Assembly: GCA_943787175.1 (NCBI GenBank)
Contig: CALSLK010000016.1
Coordinates: forward strand, 34,649 to 98,648
Origin: an uncultured Alphaproteobacteria bacterium
Lineage (GTDB): Bacteria > Pseudomonadota > Alphaproteobacteria > SP197
DNA: 64,000 bases
Direction of reading: 5' to 3'
Below, piece after piece: positions 51,449-63,641 of this stretch (the stretch's first letter is position 1; every line of letters starts with the position of its first letter). The translations under genes were made by a program, and so were the position numbers. Under the pieces are notes generated by a model. It saw only the letters and a program-made list of their open reading frames with translations. It did no database searches and had not been told where the DNA came from.

Positions 51449-51709
51449 TGTCTCTTTCCCTTCGGTGACCCCGCTACCTCCATGTGGAGGCCGGTGGTTT
51501 TGCGTCCCGACGTCGCCGCCGGTTTGCCGTTTCGAGGATCCGTGTCCCGTTGACTGAGAGATTGTGCCTATTTGTATCAAATCCAGTGACAGGAAACACA
51601 ATTATCGGCTGCGGCGCTCCCAAACCGGAAATTTCGGTGATCGCGGTCACTGGGCAGTGACCGGAACTGCTTTGGCGCGCTAAGGTCAGATCAACCAAGG
51701 GAGGTCTTC

Positions 51710-52921
51710 ATGGCAGCGTGGATTCGTGGCGGGCAGGTCTATGACGTGCACACAGGAGAATACCGGGAAGTCGATATTCAGACCCAGGATGGCCGTATTG
51801 CCTCGGTTGGCGCTTCTGGCTCCCCCTCAGGCGATGACACGGTTGTTGATGTTGCTGGCGCATATCTCTTTCCTGGTTTCATCGACTGCCATGTCCATCT
51901 GTGCATGCCCACGGAAGACGGCAATCCGGCCAACCCCTGGATGGGAAAACTCCCGGGCGAGACGGCCATTTACGCCGCACAGGCAGCTGAACGCACCCTC
52001 ATGGGCGGTGTGACCACGGCGCGCGATGTGGGCGGCTGGGATTATCACGAGATTGCCGTTCGCAACCTGATCAACCGCGGCAAGCTGAAGGGGCCACGGC
52101 TGTTCTGTGCAGGCAAACTGCTTTCGATCACGACTTCGACCACCGCCTACTACCCCGGCATGTATGATACTGCCAATGGTGTCGATGAAGTGCGTGCGAT
52201 GGCCCGCAAGCAATTGGCAATGGGCGCAGACCTCATCAAGATCATGGGGACGGGCGCGCTCACCAGCACCGAATATGAGGACGCGCGCGCCATCCAGTTC
52301 CAGCTGGATGAGGTCAAGGCGGCTGTCGCGATTGCTGAAGAAAACTACAAACACTGTGCCGCGCACGCTCATGCCTGCGAGGGTATCCGCAATGCTGCGC
52401 TGGCGGGTTGTCGCAGTGTGGAGCACGGCAGCTTCGGTGACGAAGACACCTATGCCCTGATGGCCGAGAAGGGCACGTTCCTGGTGCCCACCGTATGTGT
52501 CCATTCTGCGCTGACAGCCGATCAAACCGCCTTTGACAATCTTCTGCCGCATATTCGCCAGCGCTATATCGATTGTGAGGAAGCGCATCTGAAGAACACA
52601 AAACTGGCTCAGCACGTCGGTGTATCGATTGCCATGGGTACCGATGCGGGAACACCCGGCAATCATCACGGCGACAACATGCAGGAGATCGAACGCATGG
52701 TGACAGGTGCCGGCCTGACGCCGCGTCAGGCAATCGAGTCCGCAACCATGGGCGGTGCCAATCTTTTACGCCGTGAGAATGAGCTGGGCTCGCTGGACGC
52801 TGGCAAGTTCGGAGATATCGTCGGTTTTACCGCAGATCCGCTTGCAGATATCCATGCCATTCGCGACGTCGCGTTGGTCATCAAGGGCGGCGAAACCATG
52901 CGCAACGACCTGAACGGATAA
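51710..52921 (+). CDS. Amidohydrolase family metal-dependent hydrolase
   Basis: FPGFIDCHVH, IKIMGTG, AAHAH, SVEHG, GTDAG. Confidence 0.9.
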   Translation: MAAWIRGGQVYDVHTGEYREVDIQTQDGRIASVGASGSPSGDDTVVDVAGAYLFPGFIDCHVHLCMPTEDGNPANPWMGKLPGETAIYAAQAAERTLMGGVTTARDVGGWDYHEIAVRNLINRGKLKGPRLFCAGKLLSITTSTTAYYPGMYDTANGVDEVRAMARKQLAMGADLIKIMGTGALTSTEYEDARAIQFQLDEVKAAVAIAEENYKHCAAHAHACEGIRNAALAGCRSVEHGSFGDEDTYALMAEKGTFLVPTVCVHSALTADQTAFDNLLPHIRQRYIDCEEAHLKNTKLAQHVGVSIAMGTDAGTPGNHHGDNMQEIERMVTGAGLTPRQAIESATMGGANLLRRENELGSLDAGKFGDIVGFTADPLADIHAIRDVALVIKGGETMRNDLNG

Positions 52922-52928
52922 GGAAGCC

Positions 52929-53732
52929 ATGGCTGCACGACTGACCCAACAACAGGTGGCGCAGTATCACGAAGACGGGCTGGTCATTCCCGACTGGCGC
53001 CTGCCCGACGATGTCCTTGAGCGTCTGCGCGACAACTACGATCGGCTTCTGGCAGCCAATCGTGGTGTCGAAGGCGCCAGCGAAGATTTCATGGTCGGTG
53101 CGCATGTTGAAAGCAAGAACGCCATGGGTGTACGCGGCATGCCCGAGTTACTGGAAGTCATTCGACTGCCTGAAATCCTAGATATGGTCGAACAGGTCGC
53201 TGGTCCTGATCTGGTTCTCTGGGGCACGACGGTCTTTGGCAAACCGGCCGGTACCGGCAAGGCAACGCCCTGGCATCAGGACGGGGACTATTACCCCATC
53301 GAACCGCTTGAGACGACGACTGTCTGGGTGTCTCTCGACCACGCCAGACCTGAAAACGGCTGCATGCGTTACATCGCAGGCTCGCACAAGGAGCGGCGAT
53401 TGTTCCCTCATCACTGGAACGAGCGGCCCGACTACACGCTCTATCAGGAAATTGATGAGGAATTTGCACCCGCGGATCGTGCCCGCGACATTGTTCTTGA
53501 GCCCGGGCAAATCTCCATCCACGACGTCTATCTGGTGCATGGCTCAGAGGCCAATACGTCGAGCGAGCGCCGTGCCGGTCTGGTGTTTCGCATCATGCCT
53601 GGCTCCAGCCACTACAATCACGCAAAGGGCGGGGCCAGCGACAACCCCAGCCACGACTACTCACGTCGCCCCTTGTTCCCGTTACGTGGTGAAGACCGAA
53701 CGGGGCAGAACGACTTCCAGATTGGCCATTAG
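52929..53732 (+). CDS. Phytanoyl-CoA dioxygenase (PhyH) family Fe(II)/2OG dioxygenase
   Basis: TPWHQDGDY (HxD) and LVHGSEANTSSERR. Confidence 0.85.
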   Translation: MAARLTQQQVAQYHEDGLVIPDWRLPDDVLERLRDNYDRLLAANRGVEGASEDFMVGAHVESKNAMGVRGMPELLEVIRLPEILDMVEQVAGPDLVLWGTTVFGKPAGTGKATPWHQDGDYYPIEPLETTTVWVSLDHARPENGCMRYIAGSHKERRLFPHHWNERPDYTLYQEIDEEFAPADRARDIVLEPGQISIHDVYLVHGSEANTSSERRAGLVFRIMPGSSHYNHAKGGASDNPSHDYSRRPLFPLRGEDRTGQNDFQIGH

Positions 53733-53738
53733 TCGACC

Positions 53739-54647
53739 ATGAGGCGTGTCTCGGGGTTCCTCATGGTCGGGCGCGCTCAGCTTTCCGTCATGCTGGGTGC
53801 TTGCCTGTTGTCTTTGTCCATCCTTCCGGCAGTTCCCGCATCAGCCGGCGACGACCCTGTTACTTTCTTTGAAGGGTTCGAAACAGATGATCTCGACCAG
53901 TGGTGGACTGGTCAGTTGCATGAAGGTGAGTTCTGGTTGGAGCAGGAGATTGTGCGCCAGGGAGATGGAGCATTGGCAATCCAGATGGAAGCCCAGAATC
54001 GGGCTTGCGGTCCAAACTGCCAGCGCAATGAGATCCGAATTGCCGATCAAATGCGTCTGCCGTTTGGTTCCGACGCCTGGTATGGCTTCAGCTTCCGTGT
54101 CGAAAGTCAGGACACGCCCAATGACAGTGTTCGCTGGGTTATGGGCCAATGGAAACAACAAAACGGACGCAGCCCGTTTCTGGCACAACGTTACGACAAT
54201 CAGGTCTTCCACATCACCGTCCAGGATGAGGGCTGCCGGTTTACCATTGCGTCTGCCAGTGGAAATCCCGATGGCATGGCCTGGATGCGCGAAGACGGAC
54301 CGTCACGGCCTATGGAGGCCAACGGTGAAAGTGGCGACACGCCGTGTGTCAGTGATGTTGCGTTGGAATGGGGCGCCGACCCTATTCTGCCTGACCCGGG
54401 CGAAGCTTGGGTCGACATGATCTACCACGTTGTTGGTGGACGTGATGGAACCGGACTGATCGAAGTCTGGGCAAACGGCCGCTTTATCGTGCGGGCAACT
54501 GGCTCGATCGGCTATGACGACGCCAGCGAGCCTGACCAGTACTTCAAGTTTGGCATTTACCGGAATGTGCTCGCCAGCTCGGCGGTTGCCTACCTGGATA
54601 ACTTCAGGCGCGGTGGCAGTTACGAAGAGGTGGATCCCGCGCAGTAG
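53739..54647 (+). CDS. Secreted polysaccharide lyase-like (heparin lyase I-like) protein
   Basis: Signal peptide; QRNEI, WYGFSF, GQWKQ, YFKFGIYR jelly-roll motifs. Confidence 0.7.
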   Translation: MRRVSGFLMVGRAQLSVMLGACLLSLSILPAVPASAGDDPVTFFEGFETDDLDQWWTGQLHEGEFWLEQEIVRQGDGALAIQMEAQNRACGPNCQRNEIRIADQMRLPFGSDAWYGFSFRVESQDTPNDSVRWVMGQWKQQNGRSPFLAQRYDNQVFHITVQDEGCRFTIASASGNPDGMAWMREDGPSRPMEANGESGDTPCVSDVALEWGADPILPDPGEAWVDMIYHVVGGRDGTGLIEVWANGRFIVRATGSIGYDDASEPDQYFKFGIYRNVLASSAVAYLDNFRRGGSYEEVDPAQ

Positions 54648-54662
54648 GCAATCAGAGTCAAG

Positions 54663-54693
54663 AAAGGCCCTGCTGTGAAACAGCAGAGCCTTT
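54663..54693. terminator. Bidirectional terminator-like hairpin between the lyase and tRNA-Ala
   Basis: AAAGGC-C-CTGCTG...CAGCAG-A-GCCTTT. Confidence 0.6.
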
Positions 54694-54702
54694 GATGAAT
54701 TC

Positions 54703-54778
<76 letters not shown>

Positions 54779-54889
54779 AAAATCTTTGTCTGCGCGATGC
54801 TGGGTTGTTCGCGCGGGCGGGAAAATAGGCTTCGATGTGGTTGGACGCAAGAGCGATGTTGCTCCCACGTCTCAAACCATCGTCAGCCC

Positions 54890-55240
54890 TCAGCTATCGT
54901 CGTCGTCACTGCTGCCGGGCTTCTTCACGCCGACATCTTCGAGGTCATCATCATCCTCGTCGTCGTCAGGCAGCAGATCGGCGGCATCATCGTCATCATC
55001 TTCAATGTCTTCGACATCATCGACAACGACCTCGTCTTCTTCAGTCTCGTCCTTGGGTTTGGCGACCAAAGGCTTCTTCTTGGCAGCAGGAGCTGCGGGG
55101 GCCGCGCGGGATTTGCGTTTGGTCTCCACCTCATGCACGACACCACAGGCTGGGCAGGTCGGTGGCTTCTTTTTCAGATCATAGAATTTGGCACCACATC
55201 CTTCGCAAAGATGCTTGTCGCCGAGATCGGCATTTGGCAA
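54890..55240 (-). CDS. TIGR02300/FYDLN_acid family protein
   Basis: CEGCGAKFYDLKKKPPTCPAC with an acidic tail; TTG start after GGAGG. Confidence 0.9.
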   Translation of the reverse strand: MPNADLGDKHLCEGCGAKFYDLKKKPPTCPACGVVHEVETKRKSRAAPAAPAAKKKPLVAKPKDETEEDEVVVDDVEDIEDDDDDAADLLPDDDEDDDDLEDVGVKKPGSSDDDDS

Positions 55241-55435
55241 CGCTAGATCCTCCGGTGGAGATCACGTGATGAACAGTTGGGCCGCGCGAATATCGTCTCA
55301 CCAGCCGTCTGTCAAAAGGAAACAGCCGGAATGTGACCAGATACGGGAAGAAATTCCTCACGAATCAGGAAGCGTGAGCCAGATCCTGTGTTTCCTGCTT
55401 CGTCCATTGGAAGTGGCCATGATAGAAACCGCATC

Positions 55436-56794
55436 ATGAACACACAGGACCTATCTGCCATTCGCGCACATGCCGCACCCCTGACTGCCACTTCCGTGGA
55501 TCAGCTGCAGGGCAGGATTCGTGTGCCGGGTGATAAATCCATTTCCCACCGCGCTCTCATTCTGGGTGCACTGACTGTGGGTGAAACCGTCGTGCATGGC
55601 CTGCTTGAAGGCGAAGATGTTCTGGCGACCGCTGATGCCATGCGGTCCTTGGGTGCCGACCTTCAGAGAAGCCCTGAAGGGACCTGGCATATTCACGGCT
55701 GTGGCGTTGGCGGTTTGGCCGAACCCGCCGGGGTGCTTGATATGGGCAATGCCGGTACGGGGGTTCGCCTTCTGATGGGCGTCGTTGCTGGATATCCTTT
55801 TACGACATTCCTGACCGGTGACGCCTCGTTGTGCCGCAGGCCCATGGGAAGGGTCAGCAAGCCTCTTGAAGGCATGGGCGCGCAGTTCCTGACACGAAGC
55901 CAGGATCGCCTCCCGCTAGCCGTCACGGGGGGCTCGCCGCTGCTGCCGATGGTCTATGAGCTTTCTGTGCCGTCTGCACAGGTAAAATCAGCGGTTCTGC
56001 TGGCGGGCCTGCATGCTCCGGGCGTGACGACCGTGATCGAAACTGTGCCCACACGTGATCATACAGAACGCATGCTGCGTGGATTTGGTGCTGACGTTTC
56101 GGTTGAGGTGGATGGCGCGGGCCGGACGATCATTTCCCTGGCGGGCCATCAGGAACTGAAACCAACGTCCATTCACGTGCCCGGTGACCCTTCATCGGCG
56201 GCTTTTCCGGTGGTTGCTGCAGCCTGCCTGCCGGGCTCGCAGGTCTGTGTCGAAGGGCTTGGCATCAACCCCATGCGCATTGGGCTGTTCGATACCTTGC
56301 GCGAAATGGGTGCCGTGGTCCGATTCGAGAATGAGCGCGAGGAAGGCGGAGAGCCGGTTGCCGACGTTCATATCGAGGGTCGTGAACTCAAGGGGGTAGA
56401 GGTGCCGCCTGAAAGAGCGCCATCGATGATTGATGAGTACCCGGTCCTCGCCGTCGCGGCTGCCTGTGCATCAGGTCGAACCGTCATGCGTGGCCTGGCC
56501 GAATTGCGGGTCAAGGAGAGCGACCGCCTGGCCGCTGTTGCCAAAGGACTGACGGATAACGGTGTTTCGGTTGAAGAACTCGACGATGGTCTCATTGTCA
56601 CGGGCAACGGTGGACGCCCTGCAGGTGGAGGTATGGTTGCAAGTCAGCTTGATCACCGGATCGCCATGGCATTTCTGGTTCTCGGCATGGTCTCAAAGGA
56701 TGGTGTGAGCATCGATGACGACGCCCCCATCGCGACCAGTTTCCCCGGATTTGTTGAGCTGATGACAGAACTGGGAGCCGGGTTTCAGACATGA
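55436..56794 (+). CDS. aroA: EPSP synthase
   Basis: [37 protein letters not shown]. Confidence 0.95.
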   Translation: MNTQDLSAIRAHAAPLTATSVDQLQGRIRVPGDKSISHRALILGALTVGETVVHGLLEGEDVLATADAMRSLGADLQRSPEGTWHIHGCGVGGLAEPAGVLDMGNAGTGVRLLMGVVAGYPFTTFLTGDASLCRRPMGRVSKPLEGMGAQFLTRSQDRLPLAVTGGSPLLPMVYELSVPSAQVKSAVLLAGLHAPGVTTVIETVPTRDHTERMLRGFGADVSVEVDGAGRTIISLAGHQELKPTSIHVPGDPSSAAFPVVAAACLPGSQVCVEGLGINPMRIGLFDTLREMGAVVRFENEREEGGEPVADVHIEGRELKGVEVPPERAPSMIDEYPVLAVAAACASGRTVMRGLAELRVKESDRLAAVAKGLTDNGVSVEELDDGLIVTGNGGRPAGGGMVASQLDHRIAMAFLVLGMVSKDGVSIDDDAPIATSFPGFVELMTELGAGFQT

Positions 56795-57448
56795 GCGGAG
56801 CGTTGGTCATCGCGATTGACGGCCCCGTAGCGGCGGGCAAGGGAACGCTGGCACGGCGGCTGGCGGTACATCTGGGTTTGCGGCACCTCGACAGCGGCAT
56901 GATCTACCGTGCGACGGCGGCCCGTCTTCTGGCATCAGGGGGCGACCCGGATGATGTGGCGGGAGCAGAAAAAGCCGCGCTTTCGCTTCAGGCTGAAGAT
57001 CTCGTGCAGTCCAACCTGCGCGATCAGGAAATTGGAGGGCGTAGCTTCGCGTATCGCTGTACTGCAGCCCGTAAGAGACGCCCTGCTGGCATTTCAGCGG
57101 AGCTTTGCGGCAGAGGAGCCCGGTGCGGTGATCGATGGCCGCGACATCGGCACGGTCGTGTGCCCCGATGCCGATGTAAAACTCTATGTAACGGCTGGTC
57201 TTGAGGAGCGCGCGACTCGTCGATTCGAAGAGCTTGTTTCGCGGGGTGAGGCGGCAAATCTGAATGACATCAGCAAAGAGATTGCAGAGCGGGACCGGCG
57301 CGATATGGAACGTGCGGTTGCGCCACTGCGACAGGCTGACGATGCGATCCTTGTCGATACATCCAGGTTGGATGCGGATGCAGCGTTTGAGATGGCGATT
57401 GAAATCGTCGTTAAGCAGTTGAACGCCAGGGGCAAGACCTCTATATAG
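56791..57448 (+). CDS. cmk: Cytidylate kinase (one +1 frameshift near 57037)
   Basis: [13 protein letters not shown] in one frame; [13 protein letters not shown] in the next. Confidence 0.9.
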
Positions 57449-57588
57449 TCGCGCGCTCAGCTGAAAGGCTGGCGTTTGGCCAAAAAGGCCAGACCTGTGT
57501 CTGTCTCACTCCGATCTGATCGGCGTGAAATCCCAACGGGCACGGGGAGGAAGCGAAAAAACGCTTCCCAAGGAATCCAGGAGACAAC

Positions 57589-59368
57589 ATGACCGACACA
57601 AGCGTGGCGCAGGATGCATCTGCGTCCGAAGAGAATTTTGAAGACCTTTTCAACGAGTTTATTGGCCGCGTCGATATCATCGAAGGCGCTGTCGTCAACG
57701 GCACAATCGTGTCCGTACAGGGCGATGCCATTCTGATCGACGTGGGCTTGAAGGCCGAAGGCCGTGTCGCCCTGCGCGAGTTTGCCCCTCCGGGCGGCAA
57801 AGCTACCGTGGGCGTTGGCGACGTGGTCGAGGTTTTTGTCGAACGGTTGGAAAACCGTAACGGCGAGATCGTCCTGTCGCGCGAGAAAGCGCAGCGTGAA
57901 GAGGTCTGGAACCAGCTTGAGAAGGCGTTCGAAACGAACGACCGGGTCAAGGGTTACATCGTCCAACGTGTGAAGGGCGGTTTCACCGTCAACATGAATG
58001 GTGCCTTGGCCTTCCTGCCGGGCAGCCAGGTCGACATCCGCCCCGTGCGCGATGTCACCCCGCTGATGGGCATGAGCCGAATTCCAGCATCCTGAAAATG
58101 GATCGCGCCGCGGCAACATCGTGGTTTCGCGCCGTGCCGTCTGGAAGACGACCCGCGCCGATCAGCGCGCCGATCTGATTCCGAGCCTGACCGAAGGCCA
58201 GGTGCTCGACGGTGTGGTCAAGAACATCACCGATTACGGTGCGTTCGTGGATCTGGGCGGCATCGACGGCTTGCTCCATGTCACCGACATTTCCTGGCAG
58301 CGCGTCAATCATCCGACCGAAGCGCTCAGCATCGGCCAGACGGTCGATGTGCAGGTCATCCGCTTCAACCCGGAAACCCAGCGCATCAGCCTTGGCATGA
58401 AGCAGCTGGAAGCCGATCCATGGGAAGGCGTCGAAGCCAAGTATCCCGTGGCGCACGCTTCAAGGGCCGTGTCACCAACATCACCGACTACGGCGCCTTC
58501 GTGGAACTGGAAGCCGGGCATCGAAGGTCTGGTCCACGTGTCCGAGATGAGCTGGACGCAAGAAGAACGTGCATCCGGGCAAGATCGTCTCGACCAGCCA
58601 GGAAGTTGAAGTTGAAGTCCTGGATGTCGATGCCGAAAGCGTCGCATCAGCCTGGGCCTCAAGCAGACCCAGGACAATCCCTGGGACATCTTCTGCCAGC
58701 GTATCCGCCGACAGCAGGTCGAAGGCGAGATCAAGAACATCACCGAATTCGGTCTGTTCATCGGCCTTGCAAGGCGATCTCGACGGCATGGTCCACATGT
58801 CCGACTCTCAGCTGGGACACGACCGGGCGAAGAAGCCATCCTGGACTACAAGAAGGGCGACAGGTCAAGGCCAAGCGTGCTCGATGTCGATACCGACAAA
58901 GAGCGCATCAGCCTGGGCGTGAAGCAACTTGAAGCCGATCCACTCGCAGGCGCCATGGATGGCGTGCAGCGCGGTTCGGTGGTGACCTGTCAGGTGACCA
59001 GGATCATGGACAACGGTATTGAAGTCCTGGTCGATGGCACTCTGCCTGGTTTCATCCGCAAGGCCGAGCTTGCCCGTGAACGTGGTGATCAGCGTCCTGA
59101 CCGGTTTGCCGAAGGCGACCGTCTGGATGCCAAGGTGACCGCCATCGACAAGGGCACGCGTCGTCTCTCCCTCTCGATCAAGGCACTCGAGATCGAGGAA
59201 GAGAAGAAGGCGATGAAGACCTACGGTTCTGCCGACAGCGGTGCCACCCTGGGCGATATCCTGGGTGCGGCGATGGCGGCCAAGGGAACCGATGACGACG
59301 ACGATGCTGCTGAGGAGCCTGAGGCCGAAGTCGAGGAGGCCGCCGAAGAGGCAGCACTCCGAGGCTGA
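57589..59368 (+). CDS. rpsA: 30S ribosomal protein S1 (multiple apparent frameshifts)
   Basis: S1 repeats (KNITDYGAFVDLGG etc.) across several frames; C-terminal SGATLGDILG. Confidence 0.95.
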
Positions 59369-59450
59369 CGCTGCAGAGGAGAGCGGCTGTCTGAGGAAGA
59401 CGAAAACAAGTCGTAAGACAAGACTTGGCTGACGAACGGAGGCGGTGCTG

Positions 59451-60370
59451 ATGGCCCATGACGCGGAAACCCTGGTTGAGCGTCAGAAGCTGCGGCGCCG
59501 CCTTCTTTTTTGGCGCATCCTCTTTGTCGTGGCTCTCATTGTCGTGGGCATCCTCGCCTTCGGCCGGGTTCAAGGGGGAGGCATCGGGCGCCTATGTTGC
59601 CCTGCTCGACGTCACCGGCGTGATCGAATCGGACCGCGTGCGCGACGAAGGCGATCGAGAGATGTGGCCGCAGGACGGCAATGCCACAGGCGCTGGTCCT
59701 GCGCATCAACAGCCCCGGTGGCACGTTCGTCGGCGGCGAGGCGCTCTTTCATTGCGCTGCAGCGCGTTGCCGAGAGAGAAGCCTGTTGTTGTGGTGATGG
59801 ACGACGTTGCCGCATCGGCCGGCTACATGATCGCCATGGCCGGCGAACACATCATTGCCCGCCGCGGCACCATCACCGGCTCGATCGGCGTCATCTTCCC
59901 GACCACCGATGTCGTCGATTTCTTCGACAACCTCGGCATCACCTTCGAGAACATCAAGAGCGACCCCCTCAAGGCCAACCCGTCGCCCTTCGAGCGCACC
60001 TTGCCCGAGGCCCGGGCCTGGGCCCAGGTCGTCGTGGACGACATGCAGAAGGTGTTTGTCGGTATCGTCGATGACGGACGCCCCAACCTTGATCGCGCGG
60101 CTATCGAGCTCCTGGCTGACGGTCGGAATCTACACCGGCACGCAGGCACTCGAGAACGGCCTGATCGACGAACTGGGCGGTGAACGCGAAGCACGGGCCT
60201 GGCTGCTGGCGCAGCACGACATCAGTGAGGCTCTTCCGGTTCGCAATGTCGAGGTGGAAGAAGAGCTTCCCTGGTACCTGGAAATGGTGCGTGAGACCGG
60301 AAAAAGCGTTCTACCAGAACCACTTACCCTTGACGGCCTCCTGGCGCTCTGGCAACCTGATTTCAACTAG
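59451..60370 (+). CDS. sppA: Signal peptide peptidase SppA (frameshifted)
   Basis: INSPGG, VAASAGYMIA, TGSIGV, GLIDELG across frames. Confidence 0.85.
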
Positions 60371-60426
60371 GGCGCTAGTTCCGGCTCATTTGATCCGATG
60401 ACGGCGCCTTCACCGGGATTGCCGAT

Positions 60427-60721
60427 ATGACAAAGTCGGAACTGATCGCCCGCTTGTCGGAGCGTTATCCGCATCTCTATCAGCGCGATGTCGAGCGTAT
60501 CGTCAACACGGTGTTCGATGAGATCACGGCTGCGCTGGCGGACGGTGATCGCGTTGAGCTGCGCGGATTTCGGCTCGTTCTCGGTACGGCGCCGCAACGC
60601 CCGCGTCGGCCGCAATCCCCGCACCGGTGCCACGGTCAACGTGGAAGAGAAGTTCCTGCCCTTCTTCAAGACCGGCAAGGAGCTGCGTGAACGCCTCAAT
60701 GCCGACGGCGAGGAGGGCTGA
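60427..60721 (+). CDS. ihfB: Integration host factor beta (one frameshift near 60568)
   Basis: MTKSELI...RVELRGF, then FSVRRR...GRNPRTG...[14 protein letters not shown]. Confidence 0.9.
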
Positions 60722-60732
60722 CACGGCACCGT

Positions 60733-61113
60733 ATGCGCAAACTCCGTCAACCTCGTGATCGGCTTTCTGGCGCTCCTCGTCGCCCTGGTCATCATCGCGT
60801 TTGTCCTGGCGAACAGGGAAGCGGTGCAGGTTTCGTTCTCGCCGTTGCCCTGGGACCACCAATCCGCACCCGCTCTGGCTGGTGATCCTGGTCTTCTTTG
60901 CGTCTGGGGGCCATCCTGGGGGGTTTGTTTGTCTGGGCCAGCGCACACAAGAGCCGCTCGATCTCGAGGCAGCGCAAACGGCGCATCAAGGAGCTTGAGA
61001 AGGAGCTGGCCGCAAGCCAGGACTCGGGTCGGATGCGCTCGAGAGCTGACGCACGCAAGCAGCTTGCCGCCCAGCGCTCCGTTGCCATGGTCGAAGACCA
61101 GAGTGCCGCCTGA
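60733..61113 (+). CDS. LapA/DUF1049 family membrane protein (frameshifted)
   Basis: FVLANREAVQVSFSP and a coiled-coil tail; conserved position after ihfB. Confidence 0.7.
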
Positions 61114-61147
61114 AGCTCTTCTAGACTGATAGACTCGGGAGAGTTCG

Positions 61148-62113
61148 ATGATGCGCATGGTGTCTGCTGAGGACGTCCATCGCCTGCTCGACTATCCCTC
61201 GCTGGTCGAGGGGCTGAAGCAGTTTCATCTTCAGGATCTGGACGCAGCAGAAGAGATGCTTCTGGCACAGCCCGCTCCGACGGGAAGCGAGAATGTCTTC
61301 CTGGCTTTGCCGGCCTGGCAGCGCGATCAGGCCATCGGCGTCAAGCTGATCACGGTCTTTCCCGACAACGAAAGCGCCGGGAACCGGCTTGCCCTCCGTT
61401 CACGGCATCTACGCTCTCTTTGATGGTCGCAATGGCGCGCCCCAGGCAATTGTCGATGGCATCGCCCTCACGCTGCGCAAGACAGCCGGGGATTCCGCAA
61501 CCGGTGCCAGCTTCCTCGCCCGCCAGGACGCCCGGACCATGGTCATGGTGGGAGCAGGGGCCATGGCACCCCATCTCATCATGGCGCATTCGGAGATTCA
61601 GCCCTTCCATCAGGCAACGTCATGATCTGGAACCGCAACGTGAGGAGCGCGCCCGCAGGCTGGCCGCCGACCTCAAGCTTGAGGGGATTGACGATTTCTG
61701 CTGTCGAGGACCTGGAGGCCGCGGTGCGTGAGGCTGACGTGATCTCCTGCGCGACCATGGCAACGGAACCCCTCATCAAGGGTGCCTGGCTGAAACCCGG
61801 CGCACACCTTGATCTGGTCGGCGGCTATCAGACCCATATGCGTGAGTCCGATGATGACTGCGTTCGCGTGGCCCGGGTTTACGTTGATTCGCGCATGTTC
61901 ACGCTTGGCAATGTCGGGAGATATCGCGCAACCCATCGATGCTGGGGTGCTGGCCGAAGAGCGACATCGTGGGCGACCTCTATGACCTCTCGCGGGGCAA
62001 GTGTCCGGGCCGCCAGAGCGCTGAGGAGATCACGTTCTACAAGAACGCCGGCGGCGGTCACCTGGATCTGGGAACGGCCCGATTCCTCCTGGAGCGGCTC
62101 GACAGCCTCCTGA
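61148..62113 (+). CDS. Ornithine cyclodeaminase/mu-crystallin family protein (frameshifted)
   Basis: GVKLITVFPDN, GAGAMA, ADVISCAT, GAHLDLVG, YKNAGGGHLD across frames. Confidence 0.85.
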
Positions 62114-62188
62114 AGGCAGAACTTCTGCTGACGCAGGGTCCTGCCATCTGTTATAAGCCCGCCGCACACAGAGAAACGGATCGGAACC

Positions 62189-62911
62189 ATGGATCGCAGC
62201 CAGGCAGCGGCGCGCTTGTTGTGCGCGGTCGATACGACGGACCTGACCGCGGGCCAAGGCGCTCGCCCAGCGGCTGGACGGCCATGTTGGCGGGCTCAAG
62301 CTCGGCCTGGAGTTCTTCTGCGCGCACGGGCCCAGCGGCGTGCCGGCCGATGTCGTGGGCCAGAAACATGGCTCTGTTCCTCGATCTGAAGCTCCACGAC
62401 ATTCCCAACACCGTCGCCGGCGGCCTCCACGGCGCCGCGCTGATGAAGCCGTTCCTGACCACCATTCATGCCTCCGGCGGCGCCGCGATGATGCGCGCTG
62501 CCATGGATGCGGTTGAATCCCCTCGGCGCACAGGCCGCCCCAAGGTGGTCGCTGTGACCATGTTGACCAGCATGGACGATGCGGACCTGCAGTCCGTCGG
62601 CATGCAGACTCCGGTCGGCGATCAGGTCCTGCGGCTTGCCGAACTTGCCCAGGCCAATGGCGTCGATGGCGTCGTGTGTTCCGCCCATGAGGCCGAGCGT
62701 CTGCGCAAAACAGTGCGGGGACGACTTCCTGCTGGTGGTTCCCGGGGTGCGCCCCTCCTGGGCTTCGATCCGACGACCAGAAGCGCATCATGACCCCCGG
62801 CGAGGCGGTTGCGGCCGGCGCCAGCTACCTTGTCGTCGGCCGGCCCATCACCCGGGCTGATGACCCCGCACTGATGCGGCCGACCGCATCGTCGAAGACA
62901 TGGCGGGCTGA
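62189..62911 (+). CDS. pyrF: Orotidine-5'-phosphate decarboxylase (frameshifted)
   Basis: [33 protein letters not shown]. Confidence 0.9.
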
Positions 62912-62912
62912 C

Positions 62913-63556
62913 ATGAAGGTTAGGAAGCCAAGATCTGTGGCCTGAGCACCCATGAGGGGCTTGATGCTGCGCTCAAGTACGGCGCAGCCATGGTGGGGTT
63001 TAACTTCTTTGCCAACAGCCCGCGGTTTGTAACCTGGGATCAGGCGGCTTCGTTCAGTGCCAGAGTATCCCCTGGTGTCGAGCGTTTTGGTGTCATGGTT
63101 GATCCTGATGACGATTTTCTGGGCCAGGCCATCACTGCTGGAAATCTCTCGGTTGTACAGTTGCACGGCTCCGAAGATGCACAGCGTGTCGCTGCGGTAC
63201 GTGATCAGTTTGGTGTGAAGGTCATGAAGGTGATTCGAATCTCCGAGCCTTCGGATCTCGAACAGGTACCCGCATTCGAAGCGGTTGCCGATCTGCTGAT
63301 GTTTGATGCCAAACCACCCAAGGATGCAACGCGGCCAGGTGGCAATGCGGTGGCCTTTGACTGGCGCATCCTGGCAGGCAAGAGCTGGAAGCGGCCATGG
63401 TTGCTTTCGGGTGGCCTGGATGCGCGAAATGTGCGCCAAGCGGTCGAGATTACCGGCGCTGGGTTCGTAGATGTTGCTTCTGGCGTGGAAAACGCAACAG
63501 GGGCAAAGGATCCGGCTCTGATTCGGGAGTTTCTGGAGGAAGTCGGGTCGATCTGA
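62913..63556 (+). CDS. trpF: Phosphoribosylanthranilate isomerase (frameshifted near the start)
   Basis: [24 protein letters not shown]. Confidence 0.9.
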
Positions 63557-63641
63557 CCCGCCTCCAAACGCGTAACAGTGAGATTGCGGACCAAGGCTGA
63601 AAAGGGCATGGTCCGGCCTCCAAATTTGAAACGGACAGGGA

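Noticed and set aside
57037-63000. Programmed frameshifting or genome erosion in the cmk-rpsA-pyrF region
   Set aside because: Too many breaks per gene, no consistent slippery sites, and essential genes affected; sequencing error is far more parsimonious.
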